Assembly: GCA_963791045.1 (NCBI GenBank) | Contig: CAWBQK010000001.1 | Location: forward strand, 96,001 to 160,000 | DNA length: 64,000 bases | Source: Candidatus Latescibacterota bacterium | Lineage (GTDB): Bacteria; Krumholzibacteriota; Krumholzibacteriia; WVZY01 | Direction of reading: 5' to 3' | Shown here: positions 28,801 to 37,710 of the stretch, one piece after another | Numbering within the stretch: the stretch's first letter is position 1 | Layout of the letters: each line of letters starts with the position of its first letter | The notes under the pieces: model-generated | What the model was told of the DNA's origin: nothing | The model's input: only the letters and a program-made list of their open reading frames with translations | The model's database searches: none | Translations under genes and position numbers: made by a program

Positions 28801-29724
28801 ATGAAACGATCGCTCGCATATGTTTTTGTTGCCGTCCTCGTTGTCGCGGCCGCGGCGCCGGCGTTTGCCGGGTATTCGCGCGGCGGCGGTTTTACGGCGC
28901 CCGGTTACGGCGCCCGTGCGTGGGGTCTCGGCGGCGCGGCGACGGCGATCGGCGCCGATGAAAGCGCAACCTACTGGAACCCGGCTCTGCTCTCGCACCT
29001 CGGAGAAAAACGCCTCGGATTCGCCTATGTCGACCTGGTTCCCGGAGCCGAAGCGCAGCAGTCCTATCTTGCCTTCGCGATGCCGCTAAAAGAAGGACCA
29101 CTAGAAGAACCGGGTCTCGAATACGCGACGCATGCTCTCGGGGCGATCTACGGTAACCTGTCACTCGATCTCTCGGACGGCAAAAAGTACACCGAGAACT
29201 CGCTTCTCATCGGCTACTCTTACGCGCCCGCTTATTTTATATCGGTCGGCGCGAGCTTCGGAATGCTTTTCTCGGCGGGCGACCTCGACAACTTCGACGC
29301 CAAAGGAACCACGGTCAGCGCGGGGATCCGGATCGCGCTTCTCGAGAAGCTCTCGCTCGGGCTTGTCGCGCGCAATATGTTTTCAAAAATCTTGTTCGAC
29401 AGCGGCGAAAATGTGTCGCTCGAACGCGCTTTCACGCTGGGCCTCGGCTATCAGCTCTTTGACACCGTGTCGCTCGAGGGTGATTTCGTCAATGCGTACG
29501 GGGGGCTTGCACGGATGGTTATCGGCGGCGAAGCGACGCTCTTCTCCGATCTCCTTGTTCTCCGCGGGGGGCTTTCGGCAATCACATCGGGTGAAAACAG
29601 ATCGATCCCGCATTTGGGAATCGGCGTTCATTTCAATCGGATCTACATTGACTACAACGCCAACTTCGACTCCGAAGAGGCGTTTGAAAACACACACAGG
29701 TTCTCGCTTGGCATAGGGCTATAG
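28801..29724 (+). CDS. PorV/PorQ-family outer-membrane beta-barrel protein
   Basis: Signal peptide, GARAWGLGGAATA..D.SATYWNPALL, alternating beta-strand pattern, C-terminal THRFSLGIGL. Confidence 0.8.
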   Translation: MKRSLAYVFVAVLVVAAAAPAFAGYSRGGGFTAPGYGARAWGLGGAATAIGADESATYWNPALLSHLGEKRLGFAYVDLVPGAEAQQSYLAFAMPLKEGPLEEPGLEYATHALGAIYGNLSLDLSDGKKYTENSLLIGYSYAPAYFISVGASFGMLFSAGDLDNFDAKGTTVSAGIRIALLEKLSLGLVARNMFSKILFDSGENVSLERAFTLGLGYQLFDTVSLEGDFVNAYGGLARMVIGGEATLFSDLLVLRGGLSAITSGENRSIPHLGIGVHFNRIYIDYNANFDSEEAFENTHRFSLGIGL

Positions 29725-29731
29725 CAATAAC

Positions 29732-30979
29732 GTGCAAACGGCTGCCGAAAAAATAACCCGGTACCTGTGGCTCATCTCTTTTTGCGGACTCGCCCTCTTT
29801 ATTCCCTTCTCCATCTCCGGCGCCAACATCTCGATCGGGTTCGGCTTCCTCGCGTCGATTATAGCGATGATTGCGCTCCCCGACGTGCGCCGGCGTTATA
29901 TGGGGCTCTTCAAGGATCCGCTCTTCATCGCCGCGCTCTTGCTCGTCGTCTCTGCGCTCCCGTCGGTCTTTATGTCGGAGAACTTTTCTCGCGCGCGCGG
30001 TGACTGGGAATCGTACTGGCTTCTTATCATCTACTTCTTTGTCGCGTACAACCTCACATCGTTCAAGCTCCGCCGCGGTGTATACTGGATCCTCTTCGCG
30101 TCCGCTTCGATCTCGTGCCTGGTCTCGCTCGTCCAGTACCGGGGCGGTGTCGACGCCGGTTTTATCCATATTGACGGGGAGGCCCGGCCGGCGAGCACGT
30201 TATTCATCATGACGTTTGCCGGAATCCTCGCTCAAGTCATCTGCGTCAATTTCTGCGCACTCTTCAGACGGCGGCGCTTTGGCCGGATGGAGGGGCTCGT
30301 TGTTGCCGGGTTGCTCCTCCAGGCAACGGGGCTTTTTCTCACCATGGCCCGGGGCGCCTGGGTCGCGCTTCTCGGTGGGCTCGTCGTCGCGGTTGTTTTG
30401 TTGCGCCGCCGTGGGCCTCTGCTTGCCGCCGCGGCGATCCTTGCCGTCCTCGTCGCGTTTGCCGCGACCGATGACCGCGTCAGACGCAAAGCCGCGTCGA
30501 TCGTTCAGGTTTTTAACGGCCCGACCGATGTCAACGTGTCAACGCGTTTTGTGTTGTGGGATGTGTCGTGGGAGCTTTTCAAGAAGAACCCGATACTCGG
30601 CGTCGGAATGGGCGACTACACCATCGAAGCCGAAAAGCTCATCGGCGAGCGCCACGTCGAAACGGCGACCGACTCGCACAATGTCTATCTCCAGGTCCTT
30701 GTCACGCGAGGGCTGGTTGGGTTTATACCATTTCTATTCTTCTGGTACGTTCTTCTTCGAATGCTATTCAGAATCCGCGCGGCGCTCGCCGCGAATAAAG
30801 GATTCGCGTGGCACTTCGTCACCGGCGTCATCGCCGCGACCGTCGCCCTTCTCCTCGGCGCGCTCACCGAGAACAACATCGACGACAGCGAAGTGTTTAC
30901 GGTGTTTCTCTTGTTGGTGGGAATCGCGAGGAGTCTGGTGCTTTTTCCGGAAACGGAACAAGTCGAAGAACAAGTCTGA
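29732..30979 (+). CDS. O-antigen ligase (WaaL-like) family protein
   Basis: LTMARGAWVA, R..LW..SWELFKKNPILGVGMGDY, SHNVYLQVL..G.VG. Confidence 0.9.
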   Translation: MQTAAEKITRYLWLISFCGLALFIPFSISGANISIGFGFLASIIAMIALPDVRRRYMGLFKDPLFIAALLLVVSALPSVFMSENFSRARGDWESYWLLIIYFFVAYNLTSFKLRRGVYWILFASASISCLVSLVQYRGGVDAGFIHIDGEARPASTLFIMTFAGILAQVICVNFCALFRRRRFGRMEGLVVAGLLLQATGLFLTMARGAWVALLGGLVVAVVLLRRRGPLLAAAAILAVLVAFAATDDRVRRKAASIVQVFNGPTDVNVSTRFVLWDVSWELFKKNPILGVGMGDYTIEAEKLIGERHVETATDSHNVYLQVLVTRGLVGFIPFLFFWYVLLRMLFRIRAALAANKGFAWHFVTGVIAATVALLLGALTENNIDDSEVFTVFLLLVGIARSLVLFPETEQVEEQV

Positions 30980-30991
30980 GCGGATATCCAA

Positions 30992-31045
30992 TCAAACAGA
31001 TTTTTTACCGATGATCAAGAGGATCCGATCGATCGCAAGCGCGGC
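30992..31045 (-). pseudogene. Orphan 3' end of a GT-C gene (AALAIDRILLIIGKKSV*)
   Basis: Its first 8 codons encode the same peptide as 32740-32763 of the GT-C gene (21/24 nt identical, differences only at third positions); stop lies 12 nt from the waaL-like stop. Confidence 0.6.
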
Positions 31046-32763
31046 GGTGAAGCGGAATATTGACAGATTCCCTCAAGATTTCATGTTTCAACTCAACAAG
31101 GATTAATTTGTAAAAGCTACGACTTGATCTGACAGACAATCGCCGGAGCGGAGTACCTGTCCGATCAAGTACTGACTTCTACATATTATCTCATTCTCAT
31201 GTTTTTTTTGTTTTGTCCTTGACGGGTTTTTGAAAGCGCCGTTTGCGATGTCTCGAATAGGCTGTGTTTTCGATACACACGCGCGATTACGTAAAAGCAC
31301 AGCCGCCCTCTTTTTAAGTTTGACGCTTTTGTTCCGACGGGTTGTTTTGTGTCGGCACGCGCCGCGCACGGTCCTCGAAAACCCCCATGTTATAATACAT
31401 GTGTTGACGATCCTCCCCGTTGACACTTGCAGCTGTCGTAAGTCAACACACACGACGCCGTTCCCCGGGAGGTTCCTTATGGCCCGCCGATCGCTTTCCA
31501 ACTTGTCCGACAACGTTCTTCTCTCGCGTCTTCACGAGCTCGTTAAGAACGAAAAACAAACCACCCTCTCGATCCTTCGTCATCTCGCCGAGGTCGACCG
31601 ACGTGATCTCTATCTCGCGTATGGGTTCAGTTCGCTCTTCGATTACTGTGTCGGCGCCCTCGGGTACTCCCGGTCCGCCGCCGGAAGAAGGATCGCATCG
31701 GCCCGTTGTCTTCGCCGATTCCCCGAGGTACACGATCTTCTTGAGTTGGGCGAGGTGAACCTGACGACCATCGGACATGTCGCGTCGATCCTGAACGACG
31801 AGAATAGAGATCTTCTTCTTCGGGAGATCCGGGGCAAGACCGAGCGACAGGTCGAGTCGATTGTCGCCCGTTACAAGCCTCCCGTCGCCTACCGAGATCG
31901 TGTGAGACCGGTCCGCGTCACCGTCCCCGATTTGGGTCCAAACTCCAAAAATCGATGTAACTCGTTGATTCTTAACTCCCGGTCCGGGAGTGGCAATCGA
32001 AGTAATTGCGGGATAGTGCATCCGGACGGCCAGGGAGAGCAAGGACCAGGCGGCGGCGCGTTCGGCGCGACACAGCGCGAGTTCGCCGCGTTGGCCGCAC
32101 CTCGCGAAAAAAGTCCGGACACTACGGGAATCGCCGGACACACCGAAAAGCGCTTGCTCATCCAGTTCCTTGCAAATGAGGCGTTCATGACGAAACTGAA
32201 CGAAGTCAAGGCACTCCTCTCGAACAAGATACCGGGCGGCACCTTCGAAGAGGTCTTTGAAGTTCTAATGAATGAGTTTATCGACCGTCACAGCCCGGAG
32301 AAGCGCACACAACGACGCGAAAAACGTCAGGCGAAGAAGGTGGAAAAAAAGCAACAGAAGCGCGACACAGAGAAAAGTAACAAAAAGAACGTGGGTGGCG
32401 TTGACACCGACGATAACAAACGATCACGTCATATTCCGGTAAAAACACGAGACGCGGTATTCAAACGAGACGATGGAAGGTGCACGTACGTCGGAAGAAA
32501 TGGCAAGCGCTGCGGCTCAACACACGGCCTTCAAATCGATCACATCAAGCCGTTTGCGAAGGGCGGGTCGAACACGCTTTCAAACCTTCGCTTGTTATGC
32601 GGAAGGCACAACCGGCATGAGGCAAAAAGAATACTTGGAGCGAATGCAATGAATCAATACAACAGGAGAGAGGTAACCGGTAACCGGCAACCTGCTAGTC
32701 CTGCTGAGGCCCAGAGAATCTCCATCTGCCAAACTCGAAGATCCGATCGATCGCGAGTGCTGC
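31022..32763. mobile_element. Putative HNH-carrying insertion bounded by 24-bp imperfect direct repeats
   Basis: Exact 15-bp core GATCCGATCGATCGC at 31022-31036 and 32740-32754; contains an ORF6N remnant, an AT-rich structured spacer and an HNH gene; no integrase or transposase. Confidence 0.4.
31044..31106 (+). pseudogene. ORF6N-domain gene remnant
   Basis: AVKRNIDRFPQDFMFQLNKD* matches the core of the ORF6N DNA-binding domain; both N- and C-terminal parts are missing. Confidence 0.7.
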
Positions 32764-32804
32764 GAACATCACGATCACAGGCTCGATGGGGATCCGCATC
32801 CTGA
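31479..32804 (+). CDS. HNH endonuclease with long helical N-terminal (DUF222-like) region
   Basis: ATG 31479 after GGAGG; HLAEVDRRDLY..GFSSLFDYC..LGYS..A.RRI; C-terminal RDDGRC..C..LQIDHIKPFAKGGSN..NLRLLCGRHNR. Confidence 0.88.
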   Translation: MARRSLSNLSDNVLLSRLHELVKNEKQTTLSILRHLAEVDRRDLYLAYGFSSLFDYCVGALGYSRSAAGRRIASARCLRRFPEVHDLLELGEVNLTTIGHVASILNDENRDLLLREIRGKTERQVESIVARYKPPVAYRDRVRPVRVTVPDLGPNSKNRCNSLILNSRSGSGNRSNCGIVHPDGQGEQGPGGGAFGATQREFAALAAPREKSPDTTGIAGHTEKRLLIQFLANEAFMTKLNEVKALLSNKIPGGTFEEVFEVLMNEFIDRHSPEKRTQRREKRQAKKVEKKQQKRDTEKSNKKNVGGVDTDDNKRSRHIPVKTRDAVFKRDDGRCTYVGRNGKRCGSTHGLQIDHIKPFAKGGSNTLSNLRLLCGRHNRHEAKRILGANAMNQYNRREVTGNRQPASPAEAQRISICQTRRSDRSRVLRTSRSQARWGSAS

Positions 32805-34035
32805 GCGATCCGTGGAAGACAAGCGAGACGAAGGTGTGCATGACGATGAGCCCGGCGAGAAATACCCACCAGCGGCGGCGCGTGAACGACAAGGCAAAAC
32901 CGACAACAAACAGCGGGATGACAAAAACCGCGTAGACAAACCCCACATCGAGCGTACTCGCGATTTTGCCCAGCACGCTTTGGTTGTTCCACCACCACCC
33001 GCTCTTGACACCACTCAAACCCACATCGCTTTTGAACCGCCAGAAACGGGCGAACTTTCGCCACACGAGAAGAGGAATGTCACCCGGATTCTCGCGGAGG
33101 AATTTCTTACCCAGGACGCGGGCCTTCTCGTCTTTGGGGATCTCCGTCAGGGTCTTCAAGTCGTCGTACCCGGGGAGCATGTAAAGCGGCGCGACACCCC
33201 CGTGATACTGCGGGTACTCGAGAACGGCGGCGTTGTTTCCCTGGTAGAAAGTGATCCCTCCGTGCGACGTAAAAAACATCGTCTTATCGAAGGCGATGTG
33301 GTTGCGGATCGCCCACGGCACGAGCATGAGAAAAACAACACCGACGAGCACTCCGCCGAGGAGGACGCGTTTGCCGAGCTTGCTCGCCCCCAACAAAATC
33401 ATCCAGCCAACGATCCACAGCGCCACAAAAAGCGCCGTCGGGCGGGCGAGACACCCAAGCCCAAGGAGCACCCCCATAAGGGCGGCCCGCCGCCACGACC
33501 CTACAAGATGTGGCTCCTTTGGCGCGACGAGGAGCACGCCGAGGAGCAGAATCATATAAAGGTTCTCTGTTAAGAGATACGCGCTAATGAATATCAAAAA
33601 AGGATTTACGGCGGCGAGTGCGCCCGCAATCCACGCAGCCCTCGTGGAGAAGAATCGACGTGTGGCGAAGAATACGAGCGGTACGATCAGGGTCCCAAGG
33701 AGAACCTGGACGAACCGCGCGAGTGCGGTATTGGTCCCAAAGACACTGTAGAGCCCGGCGAGGACCAGCGAAAAGAGTGGGGGCCGTCGCGCCGTAAGCT
33801 CGTTGTTCTCGAGACGGTAGCCGTTGCCCTCGATGACGTTGACGGCAAGGTAGTGGTAATCCACCTCGTCCCCCGTGGGCGGGCGGTCCCACCCCACGAC
33901 GAACCCGCAGAACACAAGCCGCGCGGCAAGCGCGACGAGAACAAGAAGAAGCAAAAATATTTTTGAATTCGTGCTCAGTACGGACTCCCTCTCTGAACCA
34001 TGTACACACAATGTGAGGTTAAGTCTATCAGGCAA
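32695..34035 (-). CDS. GT-C (ArnT/PMT-like) membrane glycosyltransferase
   Basis: GDEVDY after TM1, RPPLF, LLTENL, LARP, PWAIRN. Start uncertain: TTG 34035, or CTG 33978 behind a GAGGGAG site. Confidence 0.8.
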   Translation of the reverse strand: MPDRLNLTLCVHGSERESVLSTNSKIFLLLLVLVALAARLVFCGFVVGWDRPPTGDEVDYHYLAVNVIEGNGYRLENNELTARRPPLFSLVLAGLYSVFGTNTALARFVQVLLGTLIVPLVFFATRRFFSTRAAWIAGALAAVNPFLIFISAYLLTENLYMILLLGVLLVAPKEPHLVGSWRRAALMGVLLGLGCLARPTALFVALWIVGWMILLGASKLGKRVLLGGVLVGVVFLMLVPWAIRNHIAFDKTMFFTSHGGITFYQGNNAAVLEYPQYHGGVAPLYMLPGYDDLKTLTEIPKDEKARVLGKKFLRENPGDIPLLVWRKFARFWRFKSDVGLSGVKSGWWWNNQSVLGKIASTLDVGFVYAVFVIPLFVVGFALSFTRRRWWVFLAGLIVMHTFVSLVFHGSLRMRIPIEPVIVMFAALAIDRIFEFGRWRFSGPQQD

Positions 34036-34169
34036 GGGGGATGCCGATAAACTCCAATTTTACGGGAAAACTTCGCCGGCACGGCAATTTCCCTTCCGCA
34101 GGTCTCACTGCCGGTCTATTATTCTGCGGAGAGGCCCCTGACGACAACCTGAAAAGGAATCTGCCAACG

Positions 34170-34778
34170 ATGCCGCGCGATATCAAAACCGCATTTCTTC
34201 ACGCAGTGAGAGGACTGACCATCCTCGCTTTGTTCGCGACAGTCCTGGGCGGTTGCTCGTTGTGGTCATCGGACTCCAAGCCTGACGAACAAAAAACAGA
34301 CGCATTGACTGCCACCTCTCCAACCCCAACCAACCAATTGATCGAGAACCAAATTCTTGAACTCAAAACCCTCACCCGAGGACCCGTCATCGAACGAACC
34401 GGCGATGAGATCAAAGTTATATGGGAGAGCGAAGCGCTTTTTGATTTTGATTCGGCGATGCTGATGAAGGACGTCACCGGAACGATCGACGAGTTGAGCA
34501 AGATCCTCAACCGATACCCCGACACCCAAGTCGTCATCACCGGACACACCGACAACGAGGGATCGGAAGACTTCAACCTCAAACTCTCGAAACGGCGCGC
34601 CGTGTCGCTAAAGGACTATCTGGTCGAAGTGGGCGTTGCCCCATCGCGGCTGGAAGCATTCGGACTCGGAGCGCGCCGTCCCATCGCCCCAAATGACACC
34701 GACGAAGGCCGCCGTTACAACCGCAGGGTCGAGATTATCATCCGACCGAACCCACCTCCCGCCGCGGACGACAACTAA
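34170..34778 (+). CDS. OmpA-family peptidoglycan-binding lipoprotein
   Basis: Lipobox LGGC; LFDFDSA, ITGHTDNEG..FNLKLSKRRA, NRRVEI. Confidence 0.9.
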   Translation: MPRDIKTAFLHAVRGLTILALFATVLGGCSLWSSDSKPDEQKTDALTATSPTPTNQLIENQILELKTLTRGPVIERTGDEIKVIWESEALFDFDSAMLMKDVTGTIDELSKILNRYPDTQVVITGHTDNEGSEDFNLKLSKRRAVSLKDYLVEVGVAPSRLEAFGLGARRPIAPNDTDEGRRYNRRVEIIIRPNPPPAADDN

Positions 34779-34784
34779 TATGAA

Positions 34785-34815
34785 CAAAAAAACGGGCCCC
34801 CGATGGAGGCCCGTT
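34785..34815. terminator. Intrinsic terminator between ompA-like gene and pruA
   Basis: AACGGGCC/GGCCCGTT stem with an A7 tract (U-tract on the minus strand). Confidence 0.7.
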
Positions 34816-34859
34816 ATTGATTTCACCCTTGAGCGGTGACGAACTCGAGAACCGAACGA

Positions 34860-36413
34860 CTAGGAGGGGATCTCGGAGATCAGCTTCGCCTGGGTGAAGA
34901 GCGCCAGGTAGTCGCGGCCGCCCGCCTTGCTGTCCGTCCCCGACATGTTGAACCCGCCGAACGGGTGCACGCCGACGAGGGCGCCGGTGCACTTGCGGTT
35001 ATAATAAAGATTCCCCACGTGGAAAGTGTCGCCCGCTTTCTCGAGATGCTCGCGGCTCGTCGAATACACCGCGCCGGTTAGCCCGTACTCGGTGTTGTTC
35101 GCGATGCGCAGCGCGTCGTCATAGTCCTTAGCCTTGATTATGGCAAGCACCGGTCCGAAGATTTCTTCGAGCGAGATCCGTGCTTCGGGGTCGATATTCT
35201 TGAAGATCGTCGGCTGGATGAAGTAACCGTCGCCGGCGGCGCGCATGCCGCCGAGTACGAGTTCACCTTCGGTCTTGCCCGTCTCGATGTAGTCGAGGAT
35301 CTTCTCGCATGCCGCTTCGTTGACCACGGGACCCATATAGACGTCCTTCGATTCGTACGGCTTGCCCTGCACAATTGTGCTCGCCTCTTTTACAACGGCA
35401 TCGACGAATTTGTCGTAGATGTCCTGGTGAACGATCGCGCGCGAGCATGCCGAACACTTCTGCCCCTGGAAACCGAATGCCGATGTCCACACGGCCTTGA
35501 CCGCCCCGTCGAAGTCACAGTCCTTGTCGACGACGATCGAATCCTTGCCGCCCATCTCGAGAACGGCGCGCTTGATCCAGATCTGGCCTTGCTTCTTGAT
35601 CGCCGCCTGCTCGTTGATGCGAAGACCCACCTCCATCGACCCGGTAAACGCGATAAACCGCGTCTTCGGATGCTGGACGATATAGTCGCCGACATCGGCG
35701 CCGCTGCCCGGCACAAAGTTAACGACACCGGCGGGAAGTCCGACCTCTTCGAGAATCTCCATGAACATCGCGGCGACGACGGGCGCGTCACTCGAGGGCT
35801 TCAAGAGAACGGTGTTCCCCGCGACGAGGGATGCCGTGGTCATGCCGATCATGATCGCGACGGGAAAGTTCCACGGCGGAATCACGGCGCCTGCGCCGAG
35901 CGGAATGTAACGAAGTTCGTTCTTCTCGCTCGGAATTTTTGTCAGCGGTTGTTCGCCGCCGTAACGGATCGCCTCACGCGCGTAGAACTCGAGGAAGTCG
36001 ATCGCTTCCGCAGTATCCCCGTCCGCCTCCGGCCAGCTCTTGCCCACTTCGTAGACCATGCCCGCCGAGAACTCGTGCTTTCTCTCACGCAGCAAAGCGG
36101 CCGCTTTAAAAAGGTACTCGGCCCGTTCTGCGGGCTTGACGAATTTCCATGTTTCGAACGTCTCGTTGGCAACACGGATCGCTTCTTCGGCGTCCTCTTT
36201 CGATGCCTTCGACACCGAGCCGATAACCATTTTGGGATCGGAGGGGTTGGTCGAGACAATACGGTCTTGCGTTTTTTTGCGTTTGCCGCCGATAATCAGA
36301 TCGTATTCATTGCCCAGTCTGGACGCAAACTTGGCGAGTCCCGCTTCGAACGCTTTCGCGTTCTCCGGGTTGCCAAAATCGGTGAAGGGTTCGTTCTTGA
36401 ATTCAGATACCAT
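34860..36413 (-). CDS. pruA: L-glutamate gamma-semialdehyde (P5C) dehydrogenase
   Basis: FKNEPFTDF, EAIDFLEFY, IPPWNFP, FTGS, EMGGKD, FGFQGQKCSACSR, EEIFGPV, PFGGFNMSGTDSKAGG; start ATG 36413. Confidence 0.95.
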   Translation of the reverse strand: MVSEFKNEPFTDFGNPENAKAFEAGLAKFASRLGNEYDLIIGGKRKKTQDRIVSTNPSDPKMVIGSVSKASKEDAEEAIRVANETFETWKFVKPAERAEYLFKAAALLRERKHEFSAGMVYEVGKSWPEADGDTAEAIDFLEFYAREAIRYGGEQPLTKIPSEKNELRYIPLGAGAVIPPWNFPVAIMIGMTTASLVAGNTVLLKPSSDAPVVAAMFMEILEEVGLPAGVVNFVPGSGADVGDYIVQHPKTRFIAFTGSMEVGLRINEQAAIKKQGQIWIKRAVLEMGGKDSIVVDKDCDFDGAVKAVWTSAFGFQGQKCSACSRAIVHQDIYDKFVDAVVKEASTIVQGKPYESKDVYMGPVVNEAACEKILDYIETGKTEGELVLGGMRAAGDGYFIQPTIFKNIDPEARISLEEIFGPVLAIIKAKDYDDALRIANNTEYGLTGAVYSTSREHLEKAGDTFHVGNLYYNRKCTGALVGVHPFGGFNMSGTDSKAGGRDYLALFTQAKLISEIPS

Positions 36414-36574
36414 GTCGTGTCTCCCTTGAGGTAACGGCCAAAGGTAGCGTGGCAACAAAAGTATGGGTTTTGATTAAAAAAATCGTGCCCGTGCCGGGGC
36501 GGTAAAGCCGAATATACGCCAAACACAAACGACTGTAAACAGCAATCTCAAACGTCAAAGCGAGCGAGTCCCCA

Positions 36575-36988
36575 ATGAAAACCCATGTCATTGAACAAAA
36601 TGTCCGATATGCGGAAACCGACCGTATGCAGGTGGTTCATCATTCCACGTACCTGATCTGGTTCGAGATTGGGCGGACCGGACTGCTCTCTGAAGCGGGG
36701 TTTCCCTACCATGAAATGGAAAGAGACGGAATGATTTATCCGGTCATCGAATACACCTGCCGAATGGTCGGATCGGCGGATTACGGCGATACGGTGAGGA
36801 TCGAAACCCGTGTCGCCGAAGTCAAGAGTCGCGCGGTCACTTTCGAATATACGATCACAAACCGGGGCGCCGTCGTCGCGACGGGAACGACCATGCATAT
36901 ATCGTCCGACTCGAACCGCAAGCCGCGGCGGATGGCCGAGCCGCTCATCCGCGCGCTCAAAGCGTACACAGTGCGCGGCAATCAATAG
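36575..36988 (+). CDS. Acyl-CoA thioesterase (YbgC/FadM hotdog family)
   Basis: VRYAETDRMQVVHHSTYLIWFEIGR. Confidence 0.9.
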   Translation: MKTHVIEQNVRYAETDRMQVVHHSTYLIWFEIGRTGLLSEAGFPYHEMERDGMIYPVIEYTCRMVGSADYGDTVRIETRVAEVKSRAVTFEYTITNRGAVVATGTTMHISSDSNRKPRRMAEPLIRALKAYTVRGNQ

Positions 36989-37254
36989 CGAATCTTAAAA
37001 CCGACGAGTCCCTCGTCATCATCTTCCCACTCGAATTCGACACTGTCCACCCGCGCCGCCTGGGGACCCTTGCGAACTAACGCAAGCGCCTTCTCGCAAA
37101 GCTCCCGATCACCTTCGAACACCGCTTCCACACGGCCGTCGGGGAGATTTCTCACCCAGCCACTCAGCCCGAGCGCCTGCGCGGCCTGGCGCGTCGAATC
37201 ACGGAAGAAGACACCCTGGACACGGCCTTCCACCCACACATGAAGATGCGGCAT
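36982..37254 (-). CDS. acyP: Acylphosphatase
   Basis: GRVQGVFFR, GWVRNLPDGRVE; ATG 37254 after AAGGAGG. Confidence 0.95.
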   Translation of the reverse strand: MPHLHVWVEGRVQGVFFRDSTRQAAQALGLSGWVRNLPDGRVEAVFEGDRELCEKALALVRKGPQAARVDSVEFEWEDDDEGLVGFKIRY

Positions 37255-37293
37255 GCCGCCATCCTCCTTTGAATTTGAAATCAAAGGGCGCCG

Positions 37294-37710
37294 TCACAGA
37301 TCAAAAATAACGCGGCCTCTGATACGGTCGCCGCTCTCCTCGACGGTCAGCCCGTGATAGGTCGCGGCCTTGACATCAAAACGAAGATCGTGCCGCCCGG
37401 GATCGGTTTTCTCACCCTTGAGAACACCTTCTGCGAACCACTCCCCCACCCGCGTGATCTCAACCGACCGATAAACCTCGCCGTGGGCGCCCCCAAGAGA
37501 GATCACCTCCGAGAGCCAGTCCACGAGAAGGTCCTCCGACGACGACGATTCGACTCTGATCTCCCTGTCGATCACGGGGTCCGGTTCGGCCCGGCGGATC
37601 AGCGAGAAGAGACCGAGCGTGGCGTTCGAGAGCATCTCCGCAAAGTCATCGCCCCACGCGTCGATCCCGATGTCGCCCGAATGATCGATTTCCTCGAAGG
37701 GCTTTTTCAT
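37294..37710 (-). CDS. Archease
   Basis: FEEIDHSGDIGI, LLVDWLSE, DVKAATYH, C-terminal IFDL. Confidence 0.93.
   Translation of the reverse strand: MKKPFEEIDHSGDIGIDAWGDDFAEMLSNATLGLFSLIRRAEPDPVIDREIRVESSSSEDLLVDWLSEVISLGGAHGEVYRSVEITRVGEWFAEGVLKGEKTDPGRHDLRFDVKAATYHGLTVEESGDRIRGRVIFDL

Noticed and set aside
30216-31106. 296-aa ORF ending in an ORF6N motif
   Set aside because: Most of it is an alternate frame of the waaL-like gene; only the last 20 codons resemble a real domain.
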